Source: Escherichia coli
GTDB lineage: Bacteria > Pseudomonadota > Gammaproteobacteria > Enterobacterales > Enterobacteriaceae
DNA: 64,000 nt
Direction: 5' to 3' (one strand)
Assembly: GCF_009931435.1 (NCBI RefSeq)
Contig: NZ_CP043414.1
Shown: in pieces, positions 8,461 to 18,013 of the stretch
How positions within the stretch are numbered: the first letter of the stretch is position 1
Layout of the letters: the number at the start of each line of letters is the position of its first letter
Program-made: the position numbers and the translations under genes
The notes under the pieces: model-generated
Told to the model about the DNA's origin: nothing
The model's input: only the letters and a program-made list of their open reading frames with translations
The model's database searches: none

Positions 8461-11400
8461 GTGTTCAGATTACCAACACCCCGACTATTCAGCGGACTCA
8501 AATCAGCCCTGCGCCCGGCGATGCCCCGGTTTAAAGTTTCTGCATTCTGGCTGCTGATACTGGCGTGGATTTTCCTGCTGGTATGGATCTGGTGGAAAGG
8601 CCCGGCATGGACGCTGGATGAAGAGCAGTGGCTCAAACCACTGGCGAACCGCTGGCTGGCAACGGCGGCGTGGGGGATTATTGCCCTGGTGTGGCTTACC
8701 GTCCGGGTAATGAAGCGCCTGCAACAGCTTGAAAAAATGCAAAAGCAACAGCGCGAGGAAGCCGTTGATCCGCTCAGTGTGGAACTGAACGCCCAGCAGC
8801 GTTACCTCGACCGCTGGCTGCTGCGCCTGCAACGCCATCTCGACAACCGCCGTTTCCTGTGGCAGTTGCCGTGGTATATGGTCATCGGTCCTGTGGGCAG
8901 TGGCAAAACGACACTGCTGCGCGAGGGGTTTCCGTCAGACATTATTTATGCCCCGGAGGGCGCGCACGGCGCAGAACAACGCCTGTACCTCACGCCCCAT
9001 GTCGGTAAACAGGCGGTGATCTTTGATATCGACGGCACACTCTGCGCTCCCGCTGATGCGGATATCCTGCATCGCCGTCTGTGGGAACATGCCCTCGGCT
9101 GGCTGAAGGAAAAGCGCGCGCGCCAGCCGCTGAACGGGATTATTCTGACACTCGATTTACCCGATCTGCTGACCGCAGACAAACGCCGCCGCGAGCATCT
9201 GTTACAGACGCTGCGCAGCCGCTTACAGGATATACGCCAGCATCTTCATTGCCAGTTACCGGTTTACGTGGTACTGACCCGGCTTGATTTATTGCAGGGT
9301 TTTGCCGCCCTGTTTCAGTCACTGAACAGACAGGATCGCGATGCGATTCTGGGTGTTACGTTCACCCGCCGTGCTCATGAAAATGATGACTGGCGAACAG
9401 AGTTGAATGCTTTCTGGCAGACATGGGCGGATCGAATGAATCTGGCGTTGCCGGATCTGATGGTCACCCAGACTCACACCCGCGCGTCTTTATTTAGTTT
9501 TTCCCGCCAGATGCAGGGAAGCCGTGAACCGCTGATATCACTGCTGGAGGGTCTGCTTGACGGCGAAAATATGAACGTGATGCTGCGTGGTGTCTATCTC
9601 ACCTCTTCGCTTCAGCGTGGACAGATGGATGATATATTCACCCAGTCTGCTGCCCGCCAGTACCGACTGGGCAATAACCCACTGGCGTCCTGGCCTCTGG
9701 TGGACACCGCGCCTTATTTCACCCGCAGCCTGTTCCCGCAGGCATTACTCGCAGAGCCTAATCTGGCAACAGAGAGCCGCGCCTGGCTGATGCGTTCCCG
9801 TCGCCGCCTGACGGTTTTCTCTGCCACAGGCGGCGTGGCGGCACTGCTGCTCATCACCGGCTGGAATCACTATTACAACGGTAACTATCAGTCCGGCATC
9901 ACCGTGCTTAAGCAGGCCAAAGCCTTTATGGACGTGCCGCCTCCGCAGGGGGAAGATGACTTTGGTAACCTACAACTGCCGCTGCTGAACCCGGTACGCG
10001 ATGCCACACTGGCCTATGGCGACTGGGGTGACCGCAGCCGCCTGGCCGATATGGGACTGTACCAGGGGCGACGTATCGGGCCTTATGTGGAACAGACCTA
10101 TCTGCAACTGCTGGAGCAGCGTTACCTGCCCTCGCTGTTTAACGGGCTGGTCAAAGCGATGAACGCCGCACCGCCGGAGAGTGAGGAAAAACTCGCGGTG
10201 CTGCGCGTGATGCGAATGCTGGAGGACAAAAGCGGACGCAACAATGAGGTGGTGAAGCAGTATATGGCAAAACGCTGGAGCGAAAAGTTCCACGGACAGC
10301 GCGATATCCAGACACAACTGATGTCCCATCTTGACTACGCGCTGGCTCATACTGACTGGCATGCAGAGCGTCAGGCGGGCGACGGTGATGCCATCAGCCG
10401 CTGGACGCCATATGACAAGCCTGTTGCGACAGCACAGAAAGAACTGAGCAAACTGCCTGTCTACCAGCGGGTTTACCAGAGCCTGAAAACGCGGGCGCTG
10501 GGCGTTCTTCCTGCTGACCTCAATCTGCGTGACCAGGTAGGGCCAACCTTTGACCAGGTGTTTACATCTGCCGATGATAACAAACTGGTTGTTCCACAGT
10601 TTCTTACCCGTTACGGCCTGCAAAGCTATTTTGTAAAACAGCGCGATGAACTGGTTGAACTGACGGCGATGGATTCCTGGGTACTCAACCTCACCCGCAG
10701 CGTGAAATACAGTGACGCCGACCGCGCGGAAATTCAGCGCCAGTTGACCGAGCAGTATATCAGCGACTACACCGCCACCTGGCGGGCCGGGATGGACAAT
10801 CTCAATATCCGCAATTTTGAGTCCATTGGACAACTGACTGGCACTCTGGAGCAGGTTATCAGCGGCGACCAGCCTTTGCAGCGGGCGCTGACCGTGCTGC
10901 GTGACAACACACAGCCAGGCGTCTTTTCTGAAAAACTCTCTGCCAAAGAGCGGGATGAGGCCCTGGCAGAGCCGGATTACCAGTTACTCACCCGCCTCGG
11001 GCATGAATTCGCCCCGGAAAACAGTACCCTGACAGTACAGAAAGACAAAGAAAGCACGATGCAGGCCGTATACCAGCAGCTCACCGAGTTACACCGCTAC
11101 CTGCTGGCAATCCAGAACGCGCCTGTACCAGGGAGATCGGCGCTGAAAGCCGTGCAGTTAAGGCTTGATCAGAACTGCAGCGATCCAATATTCGCCACCC
11201 GCCAGATGGCAAAAACACTGCCTGCTCCGCTCAACCGCTGGGTAGGCAGGCTGGCTGACCAGGCCTGGCATGTGGTGATGGTGGAAGCCGTTCACTATAT
11301 GGAAGTGGACTGGCGCGACAGCGTGGTGAAACCGTTTAACGAGCAACTGGCAAATAACTATCCGTTTAATCCACGTTCTGCACAGGATGCCTCACTGGAT

Positions 11401-11985
11401 GCCTTCGAACGATTCTTTAAACCGGATGGCGTACTGGATACCTTCTACCAGCAGAACCTGAAACTGTTTATCGACAATGATCTGAGCCTGGAAGACGGCG
11501 ATAACAGCGTCATTATCCGCGAAGATATTATTGCGCAACTGGAAACCGCGCAGAAAATCCGTGACATCTTCTTCAGCAAACAGAACGGTCTGGGAACATC
11601 CTTTGCCGTGGAAACGGTATCGCTTTCCGGCAACAAACGCCGCAGCGTACTGAACCTTGACGGCCAGTTAGTCGATTACAGCCAGGGCCGTAACTATACC
11701 GCCCATCTGGTCTGGCCTAACAATATGCGCGAAGGCAACGAAAGCAAACTGACGCTGGTTGGTGCCAGCGGCGGCGCACCGCGCAGTATCAGCTTCAGCG
11801 GGCCGTGGGCGCAGTTCCGCCTGTTCGGGGCCGGACAACTGACCGGAGTACAGGATGGCAACTTTACCGTGCGCTTTAGCGTGGACGGTGGCGCGATGAC
11901 CTACCGTGTGCATACCGACACCGAGGATAACCCGTTCAGCGGTGGGTTGTTCAGCCAGTTTGGTCTGTCAGACACACTGTACTGA
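8461..11985 (+). CDS. tssM: T6SS membrane-complex protein TssM (IcmF family)
   Basis: 1174 aa; N-terminal transmembrane helices, Walker A NTP-binding motif GPVGSGKTTLL and long periplasmic C-terminal region; GTG start preceded by AGGAG at 8451-8455. Confidence 0.9.
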   Translation: MFRLPTPRLFSGLKSALRPAMPRFKVSAFWLLILAWIFLLVWIWWKGPAWTLDEEQWLKPLANRWLATAAWGIIALVWLTVRVMKRLQQLEKMQKQQREEAVDPLSVELNAQQRYLDRWLLRLQRHLDNRRFLWQLPWYMVIGPVGSGKTTLLREGFPSDIIYAPEGAHGAEQRLYLTPHVGKQAVIFDIDGTLCAPADADILHRRLWEHALGWLKEKRARQPLNGIILTLDLPDLLTADKRRREHLLQTLRSRLQDIRQHLHCQLPVYVVLTRLDLLQGFAALFQSLNRQDRDAILGVTFTRRAHENDDWRTELNAFWQTWADRMNLALPDLMVTQTHTRASLFSFSRQMQGSREPLISLLEGLLDGENMNVMLRGVYLTSSLQRGQMDDIFTQSAARQYRLGNNPLASWPLVDTAPYFTRSLFPQALLAEPNLATESRAWLMRSRRRLTVFSATGGVAALLLITGWNHYYNGNYQSGITVLKQAKAFMDVPPPQGEDDFGNLQLPLLNPVRDATLAYGDWGDRSRLADMGLYQGRRIGPYVEQTYLQLLEQRYLPSLFNGLVKAMNAAPPESEEKLAVLRVMRMLEDKSGRNNEVVKQYMAKRWSEKFHGQRDIQTQLMSHLDYALAHTDWHAERQAGDGDAISRWTPYDKPVATAQKELSKLPVYQRVYQSLKTRALGVLPADLNLRDQVGPTFDQVFTSADDNKLVVPQFLTRYGLQSYFVKQRDELVELTAMDSWVLNLTRSVKYSDADRAEIQRQLTEQYISDYTATWRAGMDNLNIRNFESIGQLTGTLEQVISGDQPLQRALTVLRDNTQPGVFSEKLSAKERDEALAEPDYQLLTRLGHEFAPENSTLTVQKDKESTMQAVYQQLTELHRYLLAIQNAPVPGRSALKAVQLRLDQNCSDPIFATRQMAKTLPAPLNRWVGRLADQAWHVVMVEAVHYMEVDWRDSVVKPFNEQLANNYPFNPRSAQDASLDAFERFFKPDGVLDTFYQQNLKLFIDNDLSLEDGDNSVIIREDIIAQLETAQKIRDIFFSKQNGLGTSFAVETVSLSGNKRRSVLNLDGQLVDYSQGRNYTAHLVWPNNMREGNESKLTLVGASGGAPRSISFSGPWAQFRLFGAGQLTGVQDGNFTVRFSVDGGAMTYRVHTDTEDNPFSGGLFSQFGLSDTLY

Positions 11986-11995
11986 GGAGGCAGGG

Positions 11996-13348
11996 ATGAA
12001 TAGTAACGTACTGACACAAACTATCGTTACCGGCAGTGACCCGCGCGGGCTGCCGGAATTCAGCGCCATCCGCGAGGAAATAAACAAAGCCAGCCACCCG
12101 TCACAGCCTGAGCTGAACTGGAAACTGGTGGAGTCGCTGGCGCTGGCGATTTTTAAAGCTAACGGTGTGGATTTACACACCGCCACCTACTATACGCTTG
12201 CACGGACACGGACACAGGGACTGGCGGGCTTTTGCGAAGGTGCGGAACTGCTGGCGGCAATGGTAAGCCACGACTGGGATAAGTTCTGGCCGCAGGGCGG
12301 CCCGGCGCGTACTGAAATGCTGGACTGGTTTAACTCCCGAACCGGCAATATTCTGCGTCAGCAAATCTCCTTTGCGGAATCCGACCTACCACTGATCTAC
12401 CGCACGGAGCGGGCATTGCAGCTTATCTGCGACAAACTCCAGCAGGTAGAGCTGAAGCGCGTTCCGCGCGTGGAGAATCTGCTCTATTTTATGCAGAACA
12501 CGCGTAAACGGCTTGAACCCCAGCCGAAGAGTAACGCCGAGAACACCTCACAGACCACGGTCAGAACGCTGATTTATGCACCGGAAACAATGGCTTCCTC
12601 CACGCCAGAAGCAGTAGTGCCTCCCCTGCCCGACCTGCCCGAGATGAAAGTGGAAGTGCGCAGTCTGTCAGAAAATCCCCCACAGGCCAGTGTGATGAAG
12701 CAAGGCAGTACGGTAAGAGGGTTTATCGCAGGGATCGTCTGTTCAGTGGCTGTCGCCTCAGCATTGTGGTGGTGGCAGGTCTATCCGGTGCAGCAGCAAC
12801 TGTTACAGGTTAACGACACCGCGCAGGGCGCAGCAACGGTGTGGATGGCCTCACCTGAACTCGAAAACTATGAGCGCAGGTTGCAACAGCTTCTTGGCGT
12901 CTCCCCGGTACAACCGCTGGAAACCGGAATGCAGATGATGCGTGTTGCCGACAGTCGCTGGCCGGAAAGCCTGCAACAGCAACAGGCCTCGACACAATGG
13001 AATGAGGCACTCAAAACCCGCGCACAGAGTAGCCCGCAGTTGCGTGGCTGGTTGCAGACCCGCCAGGACTTACATGCTTTTGCAGATCTCGTGATGCAGC
13101 GCGAGAAAGAGGGACTAACCCTTTCCTATATCAAAAATGTCATCTGGCAGGCGGAGCGGGGACTGGGGCAGGAAACACCCCTGGAATCCCTGCTGACGCA
13201 GTACCAGGATGCCCGTGCACAGAAGCAGAATACAGATGCGCTGGAAAAACAAATTAATGAGCGACTCGAAGGCGTGTTAAGCCGCTGGCTGCTGCTGAAG
13301 AATAACGTCATGGCAGAGGCGGCAACCGGGACCACGACCGGAAAATAA
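11996..13348 (+). CDS. T6SS accessory protein, VasL/TagA-like, membrane-anchored
   Basis: About 450 aa from ATG 11996 with GAGGAGG RBS; one internal hydrophobic helix (FIAGIVCSVAVASALWWW); occupies the vasL position immediately after tssM. Confidence 0.55.
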   Translation: MNSNVLTQTIVTGSDPRGLPEFSAIREEINKASHPSQPELNWKLVESLALAIFKANGVDLHTATYYTLARTRTQGLAGFCEGAELLAAMVSHDWDKFWPQGGPARTEMLDWFNSRTGNILRQQISFAESDLPLIYRTERALQLICDKLQQVELKRVPRVENLLYFMQNTRKRLEPQPKSNAENTSQTTVRTLIYAPETMASSTPEAVVPPLPDLPEMKVEVRSLSENPPQASVMKQGSTVRGFIAGIVCSVAVASALWWWQVYPVQQQLLQVNDTAQGAATVWMASPELENYERRLQQLLGVSPVQPLETGMQMMRVADSRWPESLQQQQASTQWNEALKTRAQSSPQLRGWLQTRQDLHAFADLVMQREKEGLTLSYIKNVIWQAERGLGQETPLESLLTQYQDARAQKQNTDALEKQINERLEGVLSRWLLLKNNVMAEAATGTTTGK

Positions 13349-13371
13349 TTATTTAGTTAAAGGAGATTATC

Positions 13372-13854
13372 ATGGCAAATATGAGTTATTTATCTTTAAG
13401 TGGGGAGACACAAGGGCTGATTTCAGCGGGTTGCTCAACGCTTGACTCTGTCGGAAACAAAGCGCAGTTAGAGCATAAAGATCAGATCATGGTTTATGCG
13501 CTAATGCACTCCATCTCAAGAAGTCAGAATGTCAATCATCATGAACTGGTCATCACCAAGCCTGTTGATAAATCCTCACCGTTGCTGGCAAAAGCACTTA
13601 GTGACAATGAAAAAATGACAGCGTGTGAATTTATACTCTACCGAACCAGTAAAGAGGGCATTAACCAGCCTTACTATAAAATAAATCTGTCAAAAGCCAG
13701 GATATCAAGTATTGATTTTGTCACACCTCATGCTGTTCTGGAAAAAGAACTGGAGCCACAGGAGAGAATTGCCTTTATTTATGAAGATATTTCCTGGGAG
13801 CATACGTTAGCCAGGACGAATGCAATGAGTAAATGGCAGGATCGTGTACAGTAA
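13372..13854 (+). CDS. hcp: T6SS tube protein Hcp (TssD)
   Basis: 160 aa; N-terminus MANMSYLSLSGETQG and overall size match the Hcp family; AAGGAG RBS; lower GC than the upstream core genes. Confidence 0.9.
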   Translation: MANMSYLSLSGETQGLISAGCSTLDSVGNKAQLEHKDQIMVYALMHSISRSQNVNHHELVITKPVDKSSPLLAKALSDNEKMTACEFILYRTSKEGINQPYYKINLSKARISSIDFVTPHAVLEKELEPQERIAFIYEDISWEHTLARTNAMSKWQDRVQ

Positions 13855-13896
13855 CATACTGCAATAACATAATAACTTACTATTACGGAGAGATAA

Positions 13897-14811
13897 ATGG
13901 CTGGTTTAAGGAATAATAACAACACACAGAATGCACAGTGGGCTGATTATGTGGGTGACATTCTTCGGGGGTCTCAGCCGATAAACCAGCTAGTACCTCA
14001 GCACCCTTATCTTAACGACATCCCACTCATTGATGAGTTAAGGCGTCAGAACACTCATCATGTTATTCTTTTGACATTTGATGTTGCAAAAAAAATACTC
14101 AACCCAATAACATCATTTGATTACATTCATTTTATCACTACACATCCTTCAGGTATAAAAGATACACTAGCCTGGTTAGTTAACGCGGGTAAATTAATGA
14201 CTGAGTTTGATGAAAATGGGAAAATTATATTTAACCTTAATACCTTAAAGTATACAAAAGCAAGTTACTTTGAAATACTTGGAGAGAAATATATAAAAAT
14301 CACAACATCCAGCCCCTGGCTTTTAGAAAAGCTCGGTAAATATATTTTCTCTTCACGAGCGCCTCAAGTTCTGGAGCTCGCTATTGGCTGGCGAGGAGCT
14401 TTATCTGAATCAATAAAAGGAGTTAAGTTCTGTATCTGGTTTTCAGTAGCCTGGAGAACCATAGAATTTATTATGAGTTCAGAGCGAGATCTGGTTAATT
14501 TTCTTGGTGATTTTTCAATGGATGTGGCCAAAGCAGTGATTGCAGGCGGTGTTGCAACCGCTATTGGAAGCCTGGCTTCTTTTGCCTGTCTTAGTTTTGG
14601 CCTTCCAGTAATTCTTGTAGGAGGAGCAATTTTACTTACAGGGATAGTGTGTACAGTTGTTTTAAATGAAATCGATGCTCAATACCATTTATCAGAAAAA
14701 TTAAAAGATGCAATTAGAGATGGACTAAAACAGCAACAGGAACTTGATAAATGGAAAAGGGAAAACATGACTCCATTTATGTATGTTCTTAACACCCCCC
14801 CCGTGATATGA
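13897..14811 (+). CDS. Hypothetical protein with C-terminal glycine-rich transmembrane helices; candidate T6SS effector
   Basis: 304-aa ORF 42 nt downstream of hcp with RBS; AT-rich; C-terminal third has 2-3 hydrophobic helices with small-residue motifs (VIAGGVATAIGSLASFACLSF, LPVILVGGAILLTGIVCTVVL). The C-terminal 112 codons from an internal ATG at 14473 appear to match what I recall as the K-12 yafU remnant (from memory, unverified). Confidence 0.6.
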   Translation: MAGLRNNNNTQNAQWADYVGDILRGSQPINQLVPQHPYLNDIPLIDELRRQNTHHVILLTFDVAKKILNPITSFDYIHFITTHPSGIKDTLAWLVNAGKLMTEFDENGKIIFNLNTLKYTKASYFEILGEKYIKITTSSPWLLEKLGKYIFSSRAPQVLELAIGWRGALSESIKGVKFCIWFSVAWRTIEFIMSSERDLVNFLGDFSMDVAKAVIAGGVATAIGSLASFACLSFGLPVILVGGAILLTGIVCTVVLNEIDAQYHLSEKLKDAIRDGLKQQQELDKWKRENMTPFMYVLNTPPVI

Positions 14812-14820
14812 GGATTAACT

Positions 14821-15288
14821 ATGTGTTTACATGTTAAATTGAAAGAGTTTCTTTCGATGTTTTTTATAGCCATGTTATTTTTCCCTGCATTCAATGCTTC
14901 TTTGTTTTTTACCGGAATTAAACCTCTATACTCAATAATAAAAGGCTCCACGGAAATATTTTATGATTGGAGAATGTTGATTCTATTCTTCGGTTTCATA
15001 TCGTTTTCCTTGTTAAATATTCATGTAATTTTACTAACGATAATAAAATCATTCTTAATAAAAAAAACAAAGGTAATCAATTTCGCCACAAACATAACAA
15101 TACAGCTAACTCTTATATTTTTACTAATAGCTATCGTAATAGCACCTTTAATAGCTCCTTTTGTCACAGGATATGTCAATGCTAATTATCACCTCTGCGG
15201 TAATAACACGGGGATTTTCCCAGGAGCAATCTATATTAAAAATGGCATGGAATGTAATAATGATTATATTTCTCACAAGGAAGATTAA
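14821..15288 (+). CDS. Small polytopic inner-membrane protein; candidate immunity protein (possibly the ykfM homologue)
   Basis: 155 aa, extremely AT-rich, at least three predicted transmembrane helices; starts 9 nt after the stop of the 304-aa gene. Position relative to yafT and aspV matches my recollection of K-12 ykfM. Confidence 0.55.
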   Translation: MCLHVKLKEFLSMFFIAMLFFPAFNASLFFTGIKPLYSIIKGSTEIFYDWRMLILFFGFISFSLLNIHVILLTIIKSFLIKKTKVINFATNITIQLTLIFLLIAIVIAPLIAPFVTGYVNANYHLCGNNTGIFPGAIYIKNGMECNNDYISHKED

Positions 15289-15429
15289 GCAGTTAAATAT
15301 TATAAAACAAACAGTTTTTAACTCCGGATTCCATGTCCTTTTTTGCACTGTCTTTGTCAGGAAAAAATTTCTTATGCAAAGAATTTTGTATTATTGCCGC
15401 CAGAAATCCCTGCCGGCAGATATAATTTA

Positions 15430-16215
15430 TTATTGATAGCGGTTAACCAAATCTTTTACCATCGCTTTATAGGTCTTTTGCTTAAGTTGCATGATTTGCT
15501 GCTCTGTCATATCAGTCGTACTGGCTTCATTCTTGCCGGGCAATGGTGGAAGCACTTTATATTCATAATTCATCGGCGACCAGGCAGCCCACTCACCTGT
15601 AGCTACATCCACCAGCGTGAATCGCACCAGATAGCGCAGTGAGATTGTGTTAGTCAGTTTTTCATTTTTATAATCGGACCATACTGTTGATTTCAGCGCA
15701 GAGTCATATTTTCCTGTCTGCAACGTATCATGGTAAACAATAATCGCTTTCTGATGCCCTTTCGCAGCCACAAAACGCAATGCCTGCATCCAGTTCATAT
15801 TTTCAGCACTGGCAACATCCTCGTTCTCATTTTTATCTTTATTTTTGTTACAAGTCAGAGGCTTTTGCCTGTCCGGGATACCAGAGAATGTGGAAACAGT
15901 ATAATATTTTCTCATCTCCTCCTGCATAATGGTTTCCGGTGCGCGACTGCCAGACTGGACAAGTATTACGGGAGAATTGAGAGGCACACGAAACTCATCT
16001 CCTTCAAGCGCAGCCTGAATATCCTCCTCGGATACAGCCAGAGTGGTTTCATTACCGAATAAATCTTTGTCTGTCAGTTGCGGGGGAATGTTTTTATTAA
16101 TATTACTTTGTGTAACCTGAGCTTTTTTCTTTTTTTCATCAATAGAAGATTGAGAGGCACATCCTGCAAGCAGCGAGAATAATACACATATGCAACAAAC
16201 CTTTTTTGAATTCAT
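15430..16215 (-). CDS. yafT: Lipoprotein YafT
   Basis: 261 aa with signal peptide and lipobox (LLAGC); size and location next to aspV correspond to yafT of the E. coli backbone. Confidence 0.65.
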   Translation of the reverse strand: MNSKKVCCICVLFSLLAGCASQSSIDEKKKKAQVTQSNINKNIPPQLTDKDLFGNETTLAVSEEDIQAALEGDEFRVPLNSPVILVQSGSRAPETIMQEEMRKYYTVSTFSGIPDRQKPLTCNKNKDKNENEDVASAENMNWMQALRFVAAKGHQKAIIVYHDTLQTGKYDSALKSTVWSDYKNEKLTNTISLRYLVRFTLVDVATGEWAAWSPMNYEYKVLPPLPGKNEASTTDMTEQQIMQLKQKTYKAMVKDLVNRYQ

Positions 16216-16482
16216 AATCGGACACTCCCTCGCCTGTCATAATGATTAGAATATTTAGCACTGATAACGGACTCTAATTATATACCCCACTTAAATAATA
16301 ACAAACAAAATCAACATGAAATATACATTCATTTAATCAATATAAAATTATTCTCTAAAAATATATTTAAGTTGAATGGTTCTATATCATTATTGAATTT
16401 TAATAAATGAGACAACAAGAGAGAGTTACACACTTACGCCAGAGTAAAATCATTGAACAGAGAAATTGCGGGATTTAAATGC

Positions 16483-16514
16483 AAAAAAACCGCAAAATTA
16501 AAAATCTTGCGGTT
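16483..16514 (-). terminator. Rho-independent terminator downstream of aspV
   Basis: On the minus strand: inverted repeat AACCGCAA / TTGCGGTT followed by a T-run (plus-strand A-run at 16484-16489). Confidence 0.5.
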
Positions 16515-16540
16515 CTCTGAACTCATTTTCATGAGTGAAT

Positions 16541-16617
16541 TTGGCGGAACGGACGGGACTCGAACCCGCGACCCCCTGCGTGACAGGCAGGTATTCTAAC
16601 CGACTGAACTACCGCTC
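16541..16617 (-). tRNA. aspV: tRNA-Asp (anticodon GUC)
   Basis: 77-nt exact match in reverse complement to E. coli tRNA-Asp (GGAGCGGTAGTTCAGTCGGTTAGAATACCTGCCTGTCACGCAGGGGGTCGCGGGTTCGAGTCCCGTCCGTTCCGCCA). Confidence 0.95.
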
Positions 16618-16750
16618 CGCGTTGTGTTCCGTTGGGAACGAGGCGAATATTACGGATTGCCTCACCCTTCGTCAATGGTTTTTCTCATCTTTTGAATCGT
16701 TTGCTGCAAAAATCGCCCAAGTCGCTATTTTTAGCGCCTTTTACAGGTAT

Positions 16751-17482
16751 TTATGCCCGCCAGAGGCAGCTTCCGCCCTTTTTCTGCACCAGATCGAGAC
16801 GGGCTTCATGTGCCGCAAGCTCTTCATCTGTCGCAAAAACAACGCGTAACTTACTTGCCTGACGCACAATGCGCTGAATTGTTGTTTCACCTTGTTGCTG
16901 TTGTGTCTCTCCTTCCATCGCAAAAGCCATCGACGTTTGACCACCAGTCATCGCCAGATAAACTTCCGCAAGGATCTGGGCATCGAGTAATGCCCCGTGC
17001 AGCGTTCGTTTACTGTTATCTATTTCGTAGCGGGCACATAACGCATCGAGGCTGTTGCGCTTACCGGGAAACATTTTCCTCGCCACCGCAAGGCTATCGG
17101 TGACCTTACAGAAGGTATTGGTCTTCGGAATATCGCGCTTAAGCAACGAAAACTCGTAGTCCATAAAGCCGATATCGAACGCTGCGTTATGGATCACCAA
17201 CTCAGCGCCGCGAATATAGTCCATGAACTCATCGGCTACCTCGGCAAATGTGGGCTTATCGAGCAAAAACTCATCGGCAATACCATGTACGCCAAAGGCT
17301 TCTGGATCCACCAGCCGATCGGGTTTGAGATAAACGTGAAAGTTATTGCCCGTCAGGCGACGGTTCACCACTTCAACGGCACCAATCTCAATGATCTTGT
17401 GGCCTTCATAGTGCGCACCAATCTGGTTCATACCGGTGGTTTCAGTATCGAGAACGATCTGGCGTGTAATTGCAGTGCTCAT
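16751..17482 (-). CDS. dnaQ: DNA polymerase III epsilon subunit (3'-5' proofreading exonuclease)
   Basis: Translation [20 protein letters not shown]... matches DnaQ over the full length; the ORF-track start at 17491 adds three codons, start taken at 17482. Confidence 0.95.
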
Positions 17483-17545
17483 AGCGGTCATTTATGTCAG
17501 ACTTGTCGTTTTACAGTTGATTCAATTACAGGAAGTCTACCAGAG

Positions 17546-18013
17546 ATGCTTAAACAGGTAGAAATTTTCACCGATGGTTCGTGTCTGGGTAATCCTGGAC
17601 CCGGGGGTTACGGCGCTATTTTACGCTATCGCGGACGCGAGAAAACCTTTAGCGCTGGCTACACCCGCACCACCAACAACCGTATGGAGTTGATGGCCGC
17701 TATTGTCGCGCTGGAGGCGTTAAAAGAACATTGCGAAGTCATTTTGAGTACCGACAGCCAGTATGTCCGCCAGGGTATCACCCAGTGGATCCATAACTGG
17801 AAAAAACGTGGCTGGAAAACAGCAGACAAAAAACCAGTAAAAAATGTCGATCTCTGGCAACGTCTTGATGCTGCGCTGGGGCAGCATCAAATCAAATGGG
17901 AATGGGTTAAAGGCCATGCCGGACACCCGGAAAACGAACGTTGCGATGAACTGGCTCGTGCCGCAGCGATGAATCCCACACTGGAAGATACGGGCTATCA
18001 AGTCGAAGTTTAA
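17546..18013 (+). CDS. rnhA: Ribonuclease HI
   Basis: 155 aa from ATG 17546 ([23 protein letters not shown]...), matching RNase HI; the longer ORF-track frame from 17189 overlaps dnaQ and is rejected. Confidence 0.95.

Noticed and set aside
9970-10833. 287-aa ORF on the minus strand inside tssM
   Set aside because: Fully antisense to the long, motif-supported tssM reading frame; GC-rich genes often show long spurious antisense frames.
16535-16862. Small plus-strand ORFs (104 aa, 76 aa) overlapping aspV and the dnaQ 3' end
   Set aside because: They overlap a tRNA gene and the dnaQ coding sequence; no support as genes.
17189-17545. Upstream extension of the rnhA frame (274-aa ORF)
   Set aside because: It would overlap the dnaQ coding region on the opposite strand; RNase HI is 155 aa starting MLKQVEIF at 17546.
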